This document shows positions 1-13,366 of a stretch of DNA of 32,143 nucleotides, piece by piece. The stretch is from a virus. The stretch is from IMG/VR virus record IMGVR_UViG_3300045988_128600, one strand, 5' to 3'. Every line of letters begins with the position of its first letter. The stretch's first letter is position 1. The notes below the pieces were generated by a model. It was not told where the DNA came from, did not search any database, and saw only the letters and a list, made by a program, of their open reading frames with translations. Both the position numbers and the translations under genes were made by a program.

Positions 1-1
1 G

Positions 2-3000
2 AATGGAACTATAACAGTAGATTAGTTCTTGAAAAAAGTAAATAATGTTGTCACTAAAGAAAATTTAATGGCTGATGCTACATCTAAAGCAGCAACTGTT
101 CTCGAGGATGACTTTGGTAAAAAAGTTAAAATTAACGGTGAGGATTGTCAAAAGCTTGCTGAAGATATGACTGAAGTTATTGTAACAACAGATAAATTAA
201 AAACTACTAATAAGCAAGTTGCTGGGTCTTATGAAAAAATAAAAGCTGCAATTGAAAATTATAAAAATGCTACTGGAGATTTAGGGTAGAAATTAATTTC
301 TATGGTTAATGGTTTTTCTTCATTGGCTATGGGATTGGCTTCCATTAAGAGTATTTTTGATACTTTATCTGATGAAGATATGTCATTTTTTGATAAATTT
401 TTATCAGTTAGTATATCTTTAAGTATGGGTATTTCTATGACCATTTCTGGCTTATCTACTATGACTAAAGCTTATAAAGAATTGGCAGAAGCTAAAACTT
501 TAGATAATATAAAGACTTCGCTTAATACGGCTATTACAGAAATTAATAATGTGGTAAAAGCTTAGGCAGCCGCCAGAACAGGAGCTCAAACAGCAGCTAC
601 AGATAGATAGGCATTGGCTGAAAGCAAACTTACAAAAAATATAATATTGTAGAATGCCGCTTGGTTAGTCCGTAATAAACAGATGTCCGCAACAGCAGCT
701 CTTGGATTAAGTTTAGCTGGTACTATATTAGTTGTAGTTGCAGCTGCAGCAGCTTTAGTACTTATATCTAAAGCAGTTTATAATTCTATTCATAAAGAAG
801 AAATAGCGGCTGAAGCAGCAGCTAAAGCGGCTTCAGATCTTGGTAATGCTTATGATGAGTGTCGTGAAAAGTATCAGCAAATGATTGATGAGTTTAATGA
901 ATATAAAGATGCCATAGATGCTTTGGATAATTTAACTAAAGGAACTCAAGAATATCGTGATGCTTTAGAGGAAGCTAATCAAAAGGCTTTAGAATTAATC
1001 CAAAATAATCCTGATAAATTTAATAAAGATGATTATTATTGGGATGATAATAAATTAGTTATTAAAGATACAGCTATGTCTCGTGTAGCTGAAACCAGTA
1101 GACAAGAGACTGTAGATTTATAGGCTACTTCTGCTATGGCTAATGCCAATAATGCTCAAGCATAGGCAAATTTATAGAAAAAAAATCTTGTCGATACTGT
1201 TACTGGTTCTTTACGCAACACAACTGGCGTAGATAAAACTATTGATGCTTATTTAAATAGCGATAGAGTTGCTGTTGATAAGGAAGATTTAAAAGATATC
1301 CTTAATCTTGATAACGATATAGATGATAAGGCTTTAGTTAATGTCCTTTGGCGCAATATTGATGCTTTAAATGAGTTAAGAAATACCATGGATGGGGTTG
1401 AAACCTCTTTTGATCTTGCTAGTAAAACCGCTGCAAGAGCACAATGGTCCGGATCTGGTAAAGAAAATACTAAAGCTGGAAAAATGGCGCTTGAAGGTGG
1501 CGGAAGATTATATAATAATCTTTATGCCGAGGGAGAAAATACTGTTAAAGGTTATTCATTAAGCACTAATTGGGCTGCTTATGAAAAAATGAATAATTTA
1601 AATTCTCTAAAAGGATATGAACGTTCTATTAAGAGCGATAAAGTTGAATATAGCTATTATGATGAGAATGGTGAAAAGATAACTTAGGAAATCAATAAAG
1701 AAGCTATTCAAATCGCGGCCGCAACCCAATATGCTAATGATAGAATTGGAGAAGCTTTAGATAGCTTATATCAAAATATTGCTAAAGCTAATAAAGATGG
1801 CCTTGATAGTGTAGGGAAATATTTATCAACAGAAAATTTTGATAATATGACAAAAGGCGAGCTTGAACAATTTTAGGGATTAACTGATGATTAGTTAAAA
1901 GAATATGGAATTGATAAACAAGCTATTGAAGAAGCTAAGAAAGTTGTATTTGATGAAATTGATGGTCTTAATGAAGCTATGAGCGATTAGATCACTGTTG
2001 GAGTGAATAAGACTTTAAAAGAAAATATTTAGAATTTTGGCTCTGAAGGTAAAGATGCCTATATTAGTGCTATCAATCAAATTGGTGAATCTATTGATTG
2101 GAATGCTTTGTCTCCAGAATCTTAGGCTGAAGCTTGGAATAAAATTTCTAATATTAATTGGTTTGATTTTGATGCTCAACGTCAAGCTGAAACTCTAATT
2201 AAAGAAATGGGCGGAGATGTTTCTGTTCTTGGAGATAATTGGGATAAAGCTTTTAGCTAGATGCGCAAAGCTGGAGATGTCGTTCCAGTATTAACTGATA
2301 TCAAAGAACGCCTTGATAAAATAGATAATATTACTAAAGATATGAAAATCGGTAAGATTTTAGAAAAAGAAGATTATGATACTTTAGTAAATTATAATAG
2401 TGAATTGGCAAGATATTTTGCTATTTTATCTGATGGGTCTGCTGTTTTTGTAGGTGATCCTCTTGATTTTCAGTAGATGGTTAAATCCACTAAGCAGGAT
2501 GAATTAAGTAGAACTATAAGTGGATACCAAAATGCTATTGATTAGTATTATGCGGGAGCTGAAGAACTTAAAAAAGCGGGTGGATTAGATTAGATTCGAG
2601 AAGCTGGTTCTGAAAATGTTAATAATCAATTAGCATTTTTAAAGACTTAGAATTATGATGAAACATAGATCTCTGATTGGATTGGTAAGCTTGCTAATTC
2701 TAGAGGATAGGATATTGACACTTTAAAAGCTATCGCTGAAGCAGTTAATGAAGTTGGTGACTCTTTCTTATCTAGCAAAGGTAATATAGAACAATATACA
2801 GCAAGTAGTCAATAGGCTATGAATGAATTGGCAATGACCGCCGACACTGCTCAAGAAGCAGAAGAAATGCTTAAAAATGGCGGTATCAATGAAATGGCTT
2901 ATAATATGAGTGCCATGCAGCGTATGTCTAGTGAAAAATGGGGAGATTTAGATCCTACTGAAGTAAACAAGTATGCTGACTCTTTGATGAAAACTGCTAA

Positions 3001-6000
3001 AAAATCTGAGTTATTAAGTAATGAGCTTGAAAATAATAAAGAAGCTGCTGAAGACGTTGCTCTTTATACCATGAAGATGAATAATGGTATAGAGAAATTA
3101 AGTGATAATTTTGATGGATGGGCTAATGTATTAAAGAAATCTGATTCTGCTTCACAAGAGTATTATGATGCAATGGTTGATATTAAAGATGCCATGTCTA
3201 ACGTTTTAGGTGTTTCAGAAGAATTTTTAAGTGATGATTTTATTATCAATAATTTAGATGATATTGCATTAGCGGCAAATGGTGACGCTGAAGCTATTGA
3301 TCGTTTAGCTTTAGCAGCCAGTAAAGATATTGTTATAAACTTAGATTTTGAAGATGAAACAACAAAACAAGAAGTTTTAAGTTTGTATGATGATTTGATG
3401 GCTGAAATGCCCGATCTTGAAGTTGGAGCTACTTTAGATGATAAAGAGTTCTTAACAAAACTTAATAATTTTGTAAAACAATCAGGAATGAGTGTTGAAC
3501 AAGCTTAGGCTTTTTTCAATAGTTTGGGATATGAACCAGAATTTGTAACAGATACAAAAACTGTAAAAAGAAGTATTCCTCAAGAAAGAACTCATACGGA
3601 TTATGAAATTACTGACGGAACTATAGATATTTTAGGGTAGGAATGGCACATTCCTACAATAGACAGACTTACAACTACTAGTGTTAGTGATTACGTTGAT
3701 GTAGATGAAAAAATTCAAGTTCCTGCTTTTGGTACAGATAATCCATAGGTAAAATCTTTAACTAAAAGATCAAGTGGAATAATGAACAATTTTTCAAGTG
3801 CCAACCCTGGAGCTAAAGGTTCAGGAGGCAAAGGGGGAAGTAAAAATAAGCCAACCAAAGAAGCTCTAACTAAAAAAAGCGATGTTGTTGATCGTTATAA
3901 AGAAATTACTGATAATATCAATGATACCACTCGTGCTTTAGATAAAGCTAATAAATCGGCAGATAGACTTTGGGGTAAGGCTCATCTTGATGCGATGGCT
4001 AAAAGTAATAAATTAACTTTAAAAGAAATTGATTTATTAAAACAAAAGCAAAAAGAAGCTTAGGCTTATTTAAAGACAGATAAAGCTACTTTATAGCAAG
4101 CTGCGAAAAAAGCTGGAATTACTTTCACATTTGATGAAGATGGTGACATTTCTAATTATACTGATTAGATGACTAAACTTTATAATTAGCTCATAGCTGC
4201 TTAGAATAAAGCAAATTCTTTTTCTACAAAAGATGCTCAAGACGCTTATAAAGAAGCAACTTTAGATCCGATTCAAGAGAAAATCAATGAGTTGAAAGAT
4301 GCTATTAAGCAATATGAAGATACAAGAGATTTAGTCGAAGAATTAACTGATGATATCCAAGATAAAATAAACGAATGGCAAGATAGAAATTATCAAATGC
4401 TTACTTATGAAGTTGAAATAAAGGTTCAATTAGATGAAAATGATACTAAAAAATTAGAATATTATTTTGATAAATTAAGTAATAATATTTATAAAGCCGC
4501 TGAAGCTCTTGGATATTTACAAGGTCAATTTGATCCAGTAATTAGTCAATTAGGAACTTATGAGAATTTCTATAGTCAGTTAAATAACGCTTATTCTAAT
4601 GGAGAAATTTCTCAAGAAAATTATATCGAAGGCTTACAAGACGTGTATGATAATACATTAGATAATTTAAATGCTTTGTAGGATTTAGATAAAGAAATGC
4701 TTGAATATTATGGTAATACTATAGATTTAGCAAATGATGAATTGTCTAAATATACAGATCATATGGAGCATTTGACTAGTGTATTGGATCATTATCGTTC
4801 TATTATTACTTTGTTAGGTAAAGATAAAGATTATGATAAAGTTTTATCAGTTTTAAATGGAACTGCTTAGACTAAGAAAAATAATTTTGATACTTCTAAA
4901 CAATGGTATGAAAGCTTGAAGCGTGAACGTGATGCAGCGGCCGCAGCTTTAGCCAGTTCAACTGATGAGGCTGAGCGTGAAGTGCTTCAAAAGAATTATG
5001 ATGCTATATTAGCTGCATTCGATGAAGCGGAAGAGGATATGCTTTCTAAAGCTGAAGAATATGGCGAAGCATTAAAAGAAATTCTTACTACAAAGATGGA
5101 GCAAGCTGCGGATGAAATGAATAAGCAATTAAGCACTACTAAAGTAAGTATTAATGGTAATAACTTTAATATTTCTGGTTGGGATGCTTTAAATGATGCT
5201 TTGGATAGAATGTCTTCTTATCAAGATGAATATTTAACAAAAACTAATTAGATTTATGAAATGAATAAACTACTTAATAATGTTAATTAGGCTATTGATA
5301 AAACAAATAATCAAGCAGCTAAAAATAGATATCAGCAATTTACTAAAGAGATTGAATAGTTAAGAGATAAAGATAAATTAAGTCAATTAGAATTAGAAAT
5401 TGCTTAGGCTAAATATAAAGTGCTTGAAGCGCAAATCGCGTTAGAAGAAGCTCAAAATGCAAAGTCTACAGTTAGATTACAACGTGATAATGAGGGTAAT
5501 TTTGGTTATGTGTATACCGCAGACCAAGAGAAAGTAAATGACGCGCAATAGGCTTTAGCAGACGCGGAAAATGATTTATATAACATTCGTCTTGATGCGA
5601 CAAATAAATATGGTCAACAAAAACTTCAATATGAGAAAGAGTTGGCTGAAAAACTTGCGGAACTTGATTAGAAGGCTGCGGAAGACGCGGTTTATCGTGA
5701 GACTACATATCAACAAGAACGCGCATTAGTAATTCAACAATATACTGATTTAATTACTACTGCTGGAAACCTTTACGCGAAAGCGCAAGAAGAGGATAGC
5801 AGAGTCGTTCAAGATGCTTGGGTAAATTCTTTTGATATTATCAAAGATAATAGTAATAGTTGGAAAGATACTATTACTGAAAATACTAATATTATCAATG
5901 ATACATTTAAAGAATGGCAAGACAGTATGGATGAAATTAGTAAAATTGTTGGTGATGATTTAAAAGATACTCAATAGAAAGTTAAAGATGTTACTGATGA

Positions 6001-6766
6001 AAGTAATAAACTTTATCAAGAAGTATCTAATAGAGTTATTCCTGCTCTTGAAAGCGAGTTAAGTTCTGTCCGTAGTGCTACTGAAGCTTGGGCACAACAT
6101 CGTCAGCAATTACTTGATACTATTAGAGCTTATGAAGAGCTTTTGAACGCTATTCAAGCGACATTGCGCGCTTAGAGCGGATTTGGTAGTAATAGTGATG
6201 AAGATACTGACTGGGCGGCTATGATGGGTACTGTGGCTTATGGTTCAGCAGAATATAATTAGTATAAAAATATTCGTGATGTCAGAATCGCGAATGGTAA
6301 AAAAATCAATTATGATACTACTGCTAGAGTTGATGCTTATTATAAATTATTAAGTGAAGGAAAAATTTCAGGTTTGCCGAATGGGAAATAGAATTTTACT
6401 CAACTTACTGATGAAGAATGGCGAAAACTTGTTGGATTTAAAAGTGGTGGTTATACTGGCACTTGGAATGATGATGGAAAATTAGCGTTCTTACATTAGA
6501 AAGAATTAGTTCTTAATGCTGATGATACAGAAAATATGTTAGCTTCTATCCAATTAGTTAGATAGATCGCGAAACAATTAGATTTCAATAGTCAACAAAT
6601 TTCTACTCTTTCTTCTTCTGGATTTACTGTTAGTTCTCAAGATGGAACATTAGAATAGAATGTTAGAATTGAAGCTAATTTCCCGAACGCTACTGATAGA
6701 TATGAAATTCAAGAAGCATTTAATACATTGGTTAATGTAGCTTCTCAGTATGCCAATAGAAAATAA
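2..6766 (+). CDS. Tail tape measure protein, 5'-partial (at least 2255 codons), translated with TAG as sense
   Basis: Frame 2 is open from nt 2 to the TAA at 6764-6766 with no TAA or TGA; only in-frame TAG codons occur (e.g. 23-25, 287-289, 563-565). The track ORFs 29, 302, 683, 1388, 2261, 2819, 3782, 4292 and 4916 are all frame 2. It has hydrophobic TM-like segments (683-790, 302-470) and Ala/Glu/Lys/Gln-rich coiled-coil. The C-terminus reads GGYTGTWNDDGKLAFLH(Q)KELVLNADDTENM, typical of siphophage TMPs, and a terminator follows directly. Confidence 0.8.
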
Positions 6767-6772
6767 AATTAA

Positions 6773-6808
6773 GGGTGAAGTCTTATGGGCTTCACCCTTT
6801 TTCTTTTT
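6773..6808 (+). terminator. Rho-independent terminator after the tape measure gene
   Basis: GGGTGAAG (6773-6780) pairs with CTTCACCC (6790-6797) around the loop tcttatggg. A T-run tttttcttttt follows, 6 nt after the TAA stop. Confidence 0.7.
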
Positions 6809-6867
6809 GGGTAATTATATTGAATAAAACTAATTAATTTTTTAGAAAATTATAGAGTAATGAGTAA

Positions 6868-6878
6868 AAGGAGGGATT
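6868..6878 (+). promoter_or_regulatory. Shine-Dalgarno (AAAAGGAGGG) for the TTG-initiated gene at 6882
   Basis: aaaaggaggg lies 4-6 nt upstream of TTG 6882 and there is no ATG alternative in frame. The same AAAGGAG-type SD recurs before genes at 10309, 10487, 15664, 18373, 18969, 20749, 28801, 30490 and 31183. Confidence 0.7.
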
Positions 6879-6881
6879 ATT

Positions 6882-9800
6882 TTGGCTGATAACGCACTAA
6901 ATATTCAAGAAAGTTTATGTCAAGCAATGAGTATTATTGCTAATTCAAGTGTTGATAAAGTTAAATTTGATAGTACCATTGAATGTACTATTATTGATGC
7001 AACTGATAAACTTATTGGTAAGTATAAGGTTAAAAATGAATCTTATGCAGAATTTTATGCTTATTCCCAAATAACCACTTATAACAAAGGCGATAAAGTG
7101 TATGTATAGATTCCAAAAGGAGATTATAATAGCACTAAATTTATTGTCGGTAAAAAGACCGATAAAAATGAAGATAAACCATATAATTTTGTTAATCCTT
7201 TTAATACTTTTATTGATTTAACTGGTAATTTCTTTATTGCCAAAGATAATAATAAAGAAGTTTGGAGTATCTTAGCTAATGGCAATGAAGAGGAAATTGA
7301 AATTACTCCAAATGGCGGAATTACCTTTACTGATGAGCAATAGGGATGTACGCGGTTGGGGCTGCGTGCCGATTTCCGCGCCTGGCTTGAAACGCTCGGC
7401 GTAGTAAGTGGTAATTATGGATTAAAATTAAATATATATGGTATTAAAGATGATACTGCGGACAATATTAAAAAAATAGAAAATAGTATTAAAAATAATG
7501 GAGAAATCCCTTTAATTGCATCTATTGACTTAGATACTAATGATATGTATGGCAATCCTTATAATTTTGAAGGATATTATTCTCAAGAAATTGTTATTGA
7601 TACTAGCGCAGTAGCTAAAATATATAATATAAAAATATTTTTATATCAAAAAGGTAATTTTAAAGATAGTAATAATAATTTAATTAGTTATGCTAATGAT
7701 TTCAATATGTCAATTCCGCCTAACAATATCTTTGTAAAAGATATATACATGGGACTGGGTATTTCCGCTGATGAGATAGAAAATGAATATGTAAGATTGT
7801 ATTCATTAGATGGAAGCACTTATGTAATTGATGATAAAGGTTAGATTGATTCTAAAACTATTAAATTGAAATGGGTTCATTTTGATGAAGATGGCAATAG
7901 AGTTCAAATAACTGAGCATAAAAAAGATGATGCTTTTGAAGTTCGTTGGTATATGTATGAATTTGGAGCACCATCCGCGGACGAATATTCTGGTGTCTAT
8001 TGGACTGCGATTGAGGATAATAAAAATAATTTTTATTATTAGCTAAAACCGCGCTCTAATAAAAATCAAGAATAGGTTAAAGTAATTATTTTATATAATG
8101 GAAAAGTTTATAGAAGTAATATAATTACTTTTAATAATGAAAAACAAGTTCCTAATGATGCGACTATTGATAGCTTAAATGCTTTATCTATTCATTGTGA
8201 AGATTAGACTAATGGTAATTATTTAATTTATAATTAGGCTAATTATTTGATGAATAGATCAGATGGAAAAATTAGTCGTAAATTAACTTTACATTTTGAT
8301 TCTAAGACTTATGCTATTAATAATGGCATAATTGGTAAAAATTAGAATGGAGAAAGTAAATTAGTTGAAGCTTAGAGAGTAATTTGGCAGATTCCTATTA
8401 AGAATACTATGCTTAATTTTGGTATTAAAGATGATGGAACTGATGCTACTTATAAAGAAATTATTATTGATTTAACTAATGAAAATGTCAATGTTTCTCC
8501 TGGAGAATTTTCTTTAAATTATACTATTAATACTTTTTATAGTAGTAATAAATCTAATAATACTGTAATTGCTAAAGTAGAAAAAGATGGTATTGTTTAT
8601 ACCGCCATTAAAGATTTCACTTTTGGATAGGCAGGAACTAATGGTACTGACTGTACTTTAGTAATTGATATGATAACTCATGAGAATTTAAATAATAAAA
8701 TATTTACTGCTATAAAAAGTGGAGTAAGAGATAATTATACTTTTAGAGCTTAGTTATATGATAATGAAGGTAAAGAAATCGCTGATTTTAAAAATTGTAA
8801 TTGGACTTGGAGTTTTATGACTGGATCAACGGTTAATAATGTTGATTTATAGAATACTAATAATTAGAATTGTGCGTTAAGGGTTAATACTACAAACTCT
8901 ATAATGAATAATTTAATTATTTTATAGGTAAAATTATCTGGTTGGGGAGATTATGATTTAACTGCTTATTATCCAGTTCCTATTACGACTTTAGATAATG
9001 CTTATATAAATGGTCCAACAGAGGTAATTTATTTAAGTAATGGCGAACCTGTATTTTCTAAAGAGCCTTATAAATTATTTATAAATGGGGAAGTAGATGA
9101 AACTGCGACTTGGAGTATTTATCCCACTGGGTCTACCGATAAATTTATTGGGTAGATTAAATATAATGATAAGAAAAAAGAATATAGATTAAGTCCTATG
9201 AATTTTTATGTTGATGGTGTAAGTACTTATGGAGTCCAAGGGAAATAGGGAAGCAATGTAGTTTGGAGCCAACCTATCTTAGTTGTTTAGAATAAATATC
9301 CATCAGCAATGGTAAATAAATGGGATGGATAGTTAAATATAGATAGTGATAATAATTTTATCGGTGTTGCTTAGATCGCGGCCGGTAAAAAAGAAAATAA
9401 TAATACATTTACTGGTGTCCTAATGGGGTCTTTTGGTGATAGTAATGTTGATAGTAGTCTTAGTAAAAACACTGGTGTTTATGGATATTATCAAGGTAAG
9501 TAGGTTTATGCTTTAAAAGATGATGGAACTGCAACATTTGGTAAATCTGGAAATGGTTAGATTGAAATTAAAGGCGATTCTGGAAAAATAAAATCTGCTG
9601 GTTATGATAATGGTAATGGTCTTTTAATTGATTTAAAAGATAGTAAAATAGATGGTAAAAGTAATAGCAATAGTGTTTTTTTATTAAATAAGACTAGCCC
9701 TTATTTAAAAATTACTGATCCAATTAATAATGTAATTTTAATGAATATTGGAAGCGATAGTTATTATTTACAATCAAAAAATTACACTTCTTCTACAGGG

Positions 9801-10289
9801 ACTTATTTTAATTTAGCAACAGGAAATATTACAACAAACAGTATTACTGTAAATAGTGGAACATTTAAAGATGATATTATTATTAATTATACAGGTAGTA
9901 CTGGTAGCGGATGGACTTATGGAGATCAAAGTTTAAATTATATTTTAGATTAGATTGGAAAAGCCGCCAAAGAAGCTAGCGATTTGGCAACAGCTTCTAT
10001 CACATGGACTCAAGATATAGCTAATGCTTAGACAAGAGCAGACGAAGCTATTAACCAATTAACATATGTAAGTCAAATTCTTAATTATAGAAATGGGTCA
10101 GGAAATATTTATTTACATTATTGGAACCAAGAATCTAGCGCTAGATTTGTTGTTTAGAGCAATGGAACTGTCGGTATGATAGGAGGTACAGGGTATTATT
10201 TAAATGTAACTGATAATTCTATTTATTTACGAGGTCCAGTTGTAATAAATGGTTCATTAACGCTTAATGGAAAAGAAATTACTGGTTGA
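6882..10289 (+). CDS. Large tail-tip/baseplate structural protein (1135 aa; Dit/Tal-position gene), TTG start, TAG read through
   Basis: Frame 0 is continuous from TTG 6882 to TGA 10287-10289 with about 25 in-frame TAG codons. The track ORFs 6882, 7356, 8409 and 9741 are all frame 0. It sits directly downstream of the TMP with a strong SD. The sequence is Asn/Thr/Gly-rich and beta-rich, and the C-terminus reads IYLRGPVVINGSLTLNGKEITG. Confidence 0.75.
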
Positions 10290-10308
10290 AAAAAGGAGAA
10301 AAAGGAAA

Positions 10309-10485
10309 ATGAAAGAACAAGATATTAATTTTTTAAAAGTTTTATATAATACTCTCTCTTTAGTATCAACTAAAGGAGAAGATACTATTCTTATGGGAGA
10401 GTGTTTAAAACAATTAAGAGATTTTACAAATAGATTAGTGGATCTTCAAGAGGAGAAGAATAACGAAAATAATTAGGAGGGATAA
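10309..10485 (+). CDS. Small hypothetical protein (58 aa), predicted helical
   Basis: ATG 10309 is preceded by the SD aaaaggagaaaaagga. It reads through TAG 10474-10476 to TAA 10483-10485. The alternative ATG at 10267 (same frame) lacks an SD and overlaps the upstream gene, so it is disfavoured. Confidence 0.5.
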
Positions 10486-10486
10486 A

Positions 10487-13366
10487 ATGGTTAATAAATT
10501 ATATCCACCTATTATATCTGGAACTTTACCAGCATTTGTTGGATAGGAAATTGCTATTCCATTTCAAATGAATCGTGCGGTTAGTATGGTAGAAGTTTCA
10601 GGATTGTGTTATATAATTAAAACAGTGTCAAGTAATGTCGTAATTGCTTAGGGGACAACCGCGGATTTTACCCCAAGCAAAGTCCGCGGTTGCTTAGAAC
10701 AAGGGTTTATTACTTTCAATATAAATCTTAAATCAATTACTAATAATGGAAAACCTATTCAATATAAATTGAATCCAGGTTAGTCTTATAAAATTCAATT
10801 AGCATATATTAATACTAATGGAGTAGTCGGATACTATTCTACAGTTGGTATTGCTAAATGTACGACTAAGCCCGCAGTTTATATAAAAGGTTTTGAAAAT
10901 AATTTAGTAGGAATAAATAAAATAAATTTTATTGGAGTATATAGTCAAAAAGAAAAAAATGATGATATTACTGAAAAAGTTTATTCATATAGATTTAAAG
11001 TATATGATGAAAATGGTAATATTTTTGCTGATAGTGGAGAACAATTACATAATTCAATCAATGACACAGAATTAAATGAAAGTTATGATAGTTTTGAATT
11101 AAATAAAGAATTACAAAAAAATAAAAATTATTTTATTCAATATTCTATAACCACTATCAATAACTATGAAGCAGAAAGTATTCGTTATCAAATTATTAAT
11201 AGAGAAACTATTAATCCAGAATTACAAGCGACTCTTTCTGCGGTTATGGATGAAAATAATGGGTATGTAAAAATTAATTTAAATGGAATCCGTGATAAAA
11301 AGACAGGATTAGAAATTCCCGCGACAGGAGCTTTTGCTTTATTAAGAGCCAGTAGCGAAGATGATTTTAATACTTGGAATACAATATTAAAGTTTAAATT
11401 AGTTGGTGAAACTCCTTCAAGAGAATTGTATAAAGATTTTACTGTTGAGCATGGATTTAGTTATCAATATGCGGTATAGCAATATAGCGATGAAACCGCG
11501 GTCCGCAGTAATAAAATTTTCTCTAATACGATATATAGTATTTTTGAAGATAGTTTTTTATACGGCAATGGACAGTTATTAAGAATAAGATTTAATCCAA
11601 AAGTAAGTAGTTTTAAAATCAATACTCTTGAAAGTAAAACTGACACTATTGGAAGCCAGTATCCTTATATTTTCAGAAATGGAAATACTTATTATCACGA
11701 ATTTCCCATAAGTGGTTTAATTTCTCACCTTATGGATGAAGATCACTTGTTTATAGATAAATTGGGCGATGATGAAATTAAAGATTTTACATCAACTGAT
11801 TTGACTAACTATAATATTAATATAGAGCGTCAATTTAAAACTAAGGCTTTAGAATTTTTAACTGATGGAGAACCTAAATTATTTAAGTCTCCAACCGAAG
11901 GAAATTTTATTGTACGTTTATTAAATGTGAGTTTAAGTCCAGAAGATAAATTAGGTCGTATGCTTCATACATTTAGCGGAACCGCTTATGAGATTGACAA
12001 AGTTAGTTTTGATAATCTTACTACTTATGGATTTATTGATGCAAATCCACCTGAAAGTGAAATTCTTAAATGGGATAGTGTATCTTTTGATGGATGGTAT
12101 AAAATTACTGGCTATATTGATGATGTAAATACCTATATTGATAATTTAAAAGATGAAAATTTAACTTAGGCAGAAATTAAGAAATTACAAGCAAATAAAC
12201 AAACTTGTTTAGATAATTTATTACAAACGTTAAGTTTTTATCCTATGTTTGAATTACTATATAATGGAGACCATTATAGCTTATAGACTAAAGATATCTT
12301 GGCTAATTCTCCTGCAATAACTATTCGATTTGAAGGTTTTGCTCCTGGAGATAAATTTAATGTTGATGGAGAAGAAATTGTTATTGGTATTACAGGAGCT
12401 TATTTAATAGATCATGTAGCTCCTATTCATAGTGTAAAAATAATTGAATTATCCGACGTAGGATTACAGCAAGGAACTATTGTATATTCTTATTATGGTA
12501 AACAAGCAAGTAAATTTGATACTATTAGTGATATTCAAGTTGCTGACTTACCTTTAGAGCAATATTATGGCACTGAGGGTAATATTTTAAATCTTTACAA
12601 TGATAATTTCAAATATAAAATCACAAAAATTTATTTCTTGCGTTTTACGAAGCGTGAAGTATAGAAACTATATACTAATAATAGAGTTAATTTTTATATA
12701 GCTCCTGATAGGGTATTGGAAGATAATAATTATACCATGGAGATTAAGCGTGAAGATTTTGATCCAACTTTAATCTATCATGTGTATGTGGTTAAAGAAA
12801 ATGAAGAAAGAGATTATTACATTGATGGTTATACTAAAAAAGAAATTTATGATTCAGGTATTTTAATAGATGAGAAAAATTGGGCCTGTAATATTAGAAT
12901 AAATGAAGATAATAAATAGATTATTGGTATAGACCATAAAAATGAATATCAAATAAAAGATTTGACTGATATTACTTCTATTGAAATTGATCCGGGCGTT
13001 TTATGTGAATTGTCAGTACAACGTCAAGAAGTAGTTTATTCTTTTGAAAATGATAATCAAACTACTTATAGAATTTTTAATGGATAGACCTATACTACAA
13101 CGACTATTTATCAATTAAAGCAAAATTGGTTAAGAGCTAAAAAAGCTTTAAAAGATTTTAAAGAATTAGAACAAGATAAAAGTAATCCTGACTTCTCTAA
13201 CGATGATCCATTTTATAATGTAAATCAAAATAATATTTAGGATTGTATAAAAAAATACAATAGAAAAGTAGCAGAATTACAAAAAACTATAGATGAAACT
13301 TATGCTTTATTCATTGATACTTTAAGAAAGGCGGTAGAGGATTATGAAGACTCAAAGACAATATGA
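10487..13366 (+). CDS. Large baseplate/tail structural protein (959 aa), TAG read through
   Basis: ATG 10487 lies 5 nt after the SD AGGAGGG. Frame 2 is continuous to TGA 13364-13366, with the track ORFs 11246, 11732, 12299 and 12716 all frame 2 and in-frame TAGs at e.g. 10544, 10649 and 11479. It contains a motif LFKSPTEGNFIVRLLNVSLSPEDKLGRMLHTFSG that recalls baseplate hub/tail proteins. Its end overlaps the next gene start by 23 nt. Confidence 0.75.
10656..10692. repeat. GC-rich 10-bp perfect inverted repeat (CAACCGCGGA ... TCCGCGGTTG) inside coding sequence
   Basis: 10656-10665 is the reverse complement of 10683-10692, with a 17-nt spacer. Both arms contain CCGCGG. It lies inside the 10487 gene in an otherwise AT-rich context. 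Confidence 0.6.

Noticed and set aside
10267-10308. An alternative upstream ATG (10267) for the small gene, as given by the ORF track
   Set aside because: It is in the same frame as ATG 10309 but has no SD and would overlap the last 22 nt of the upstream gene. ATG 10309 has aaggag at the correct spacing.
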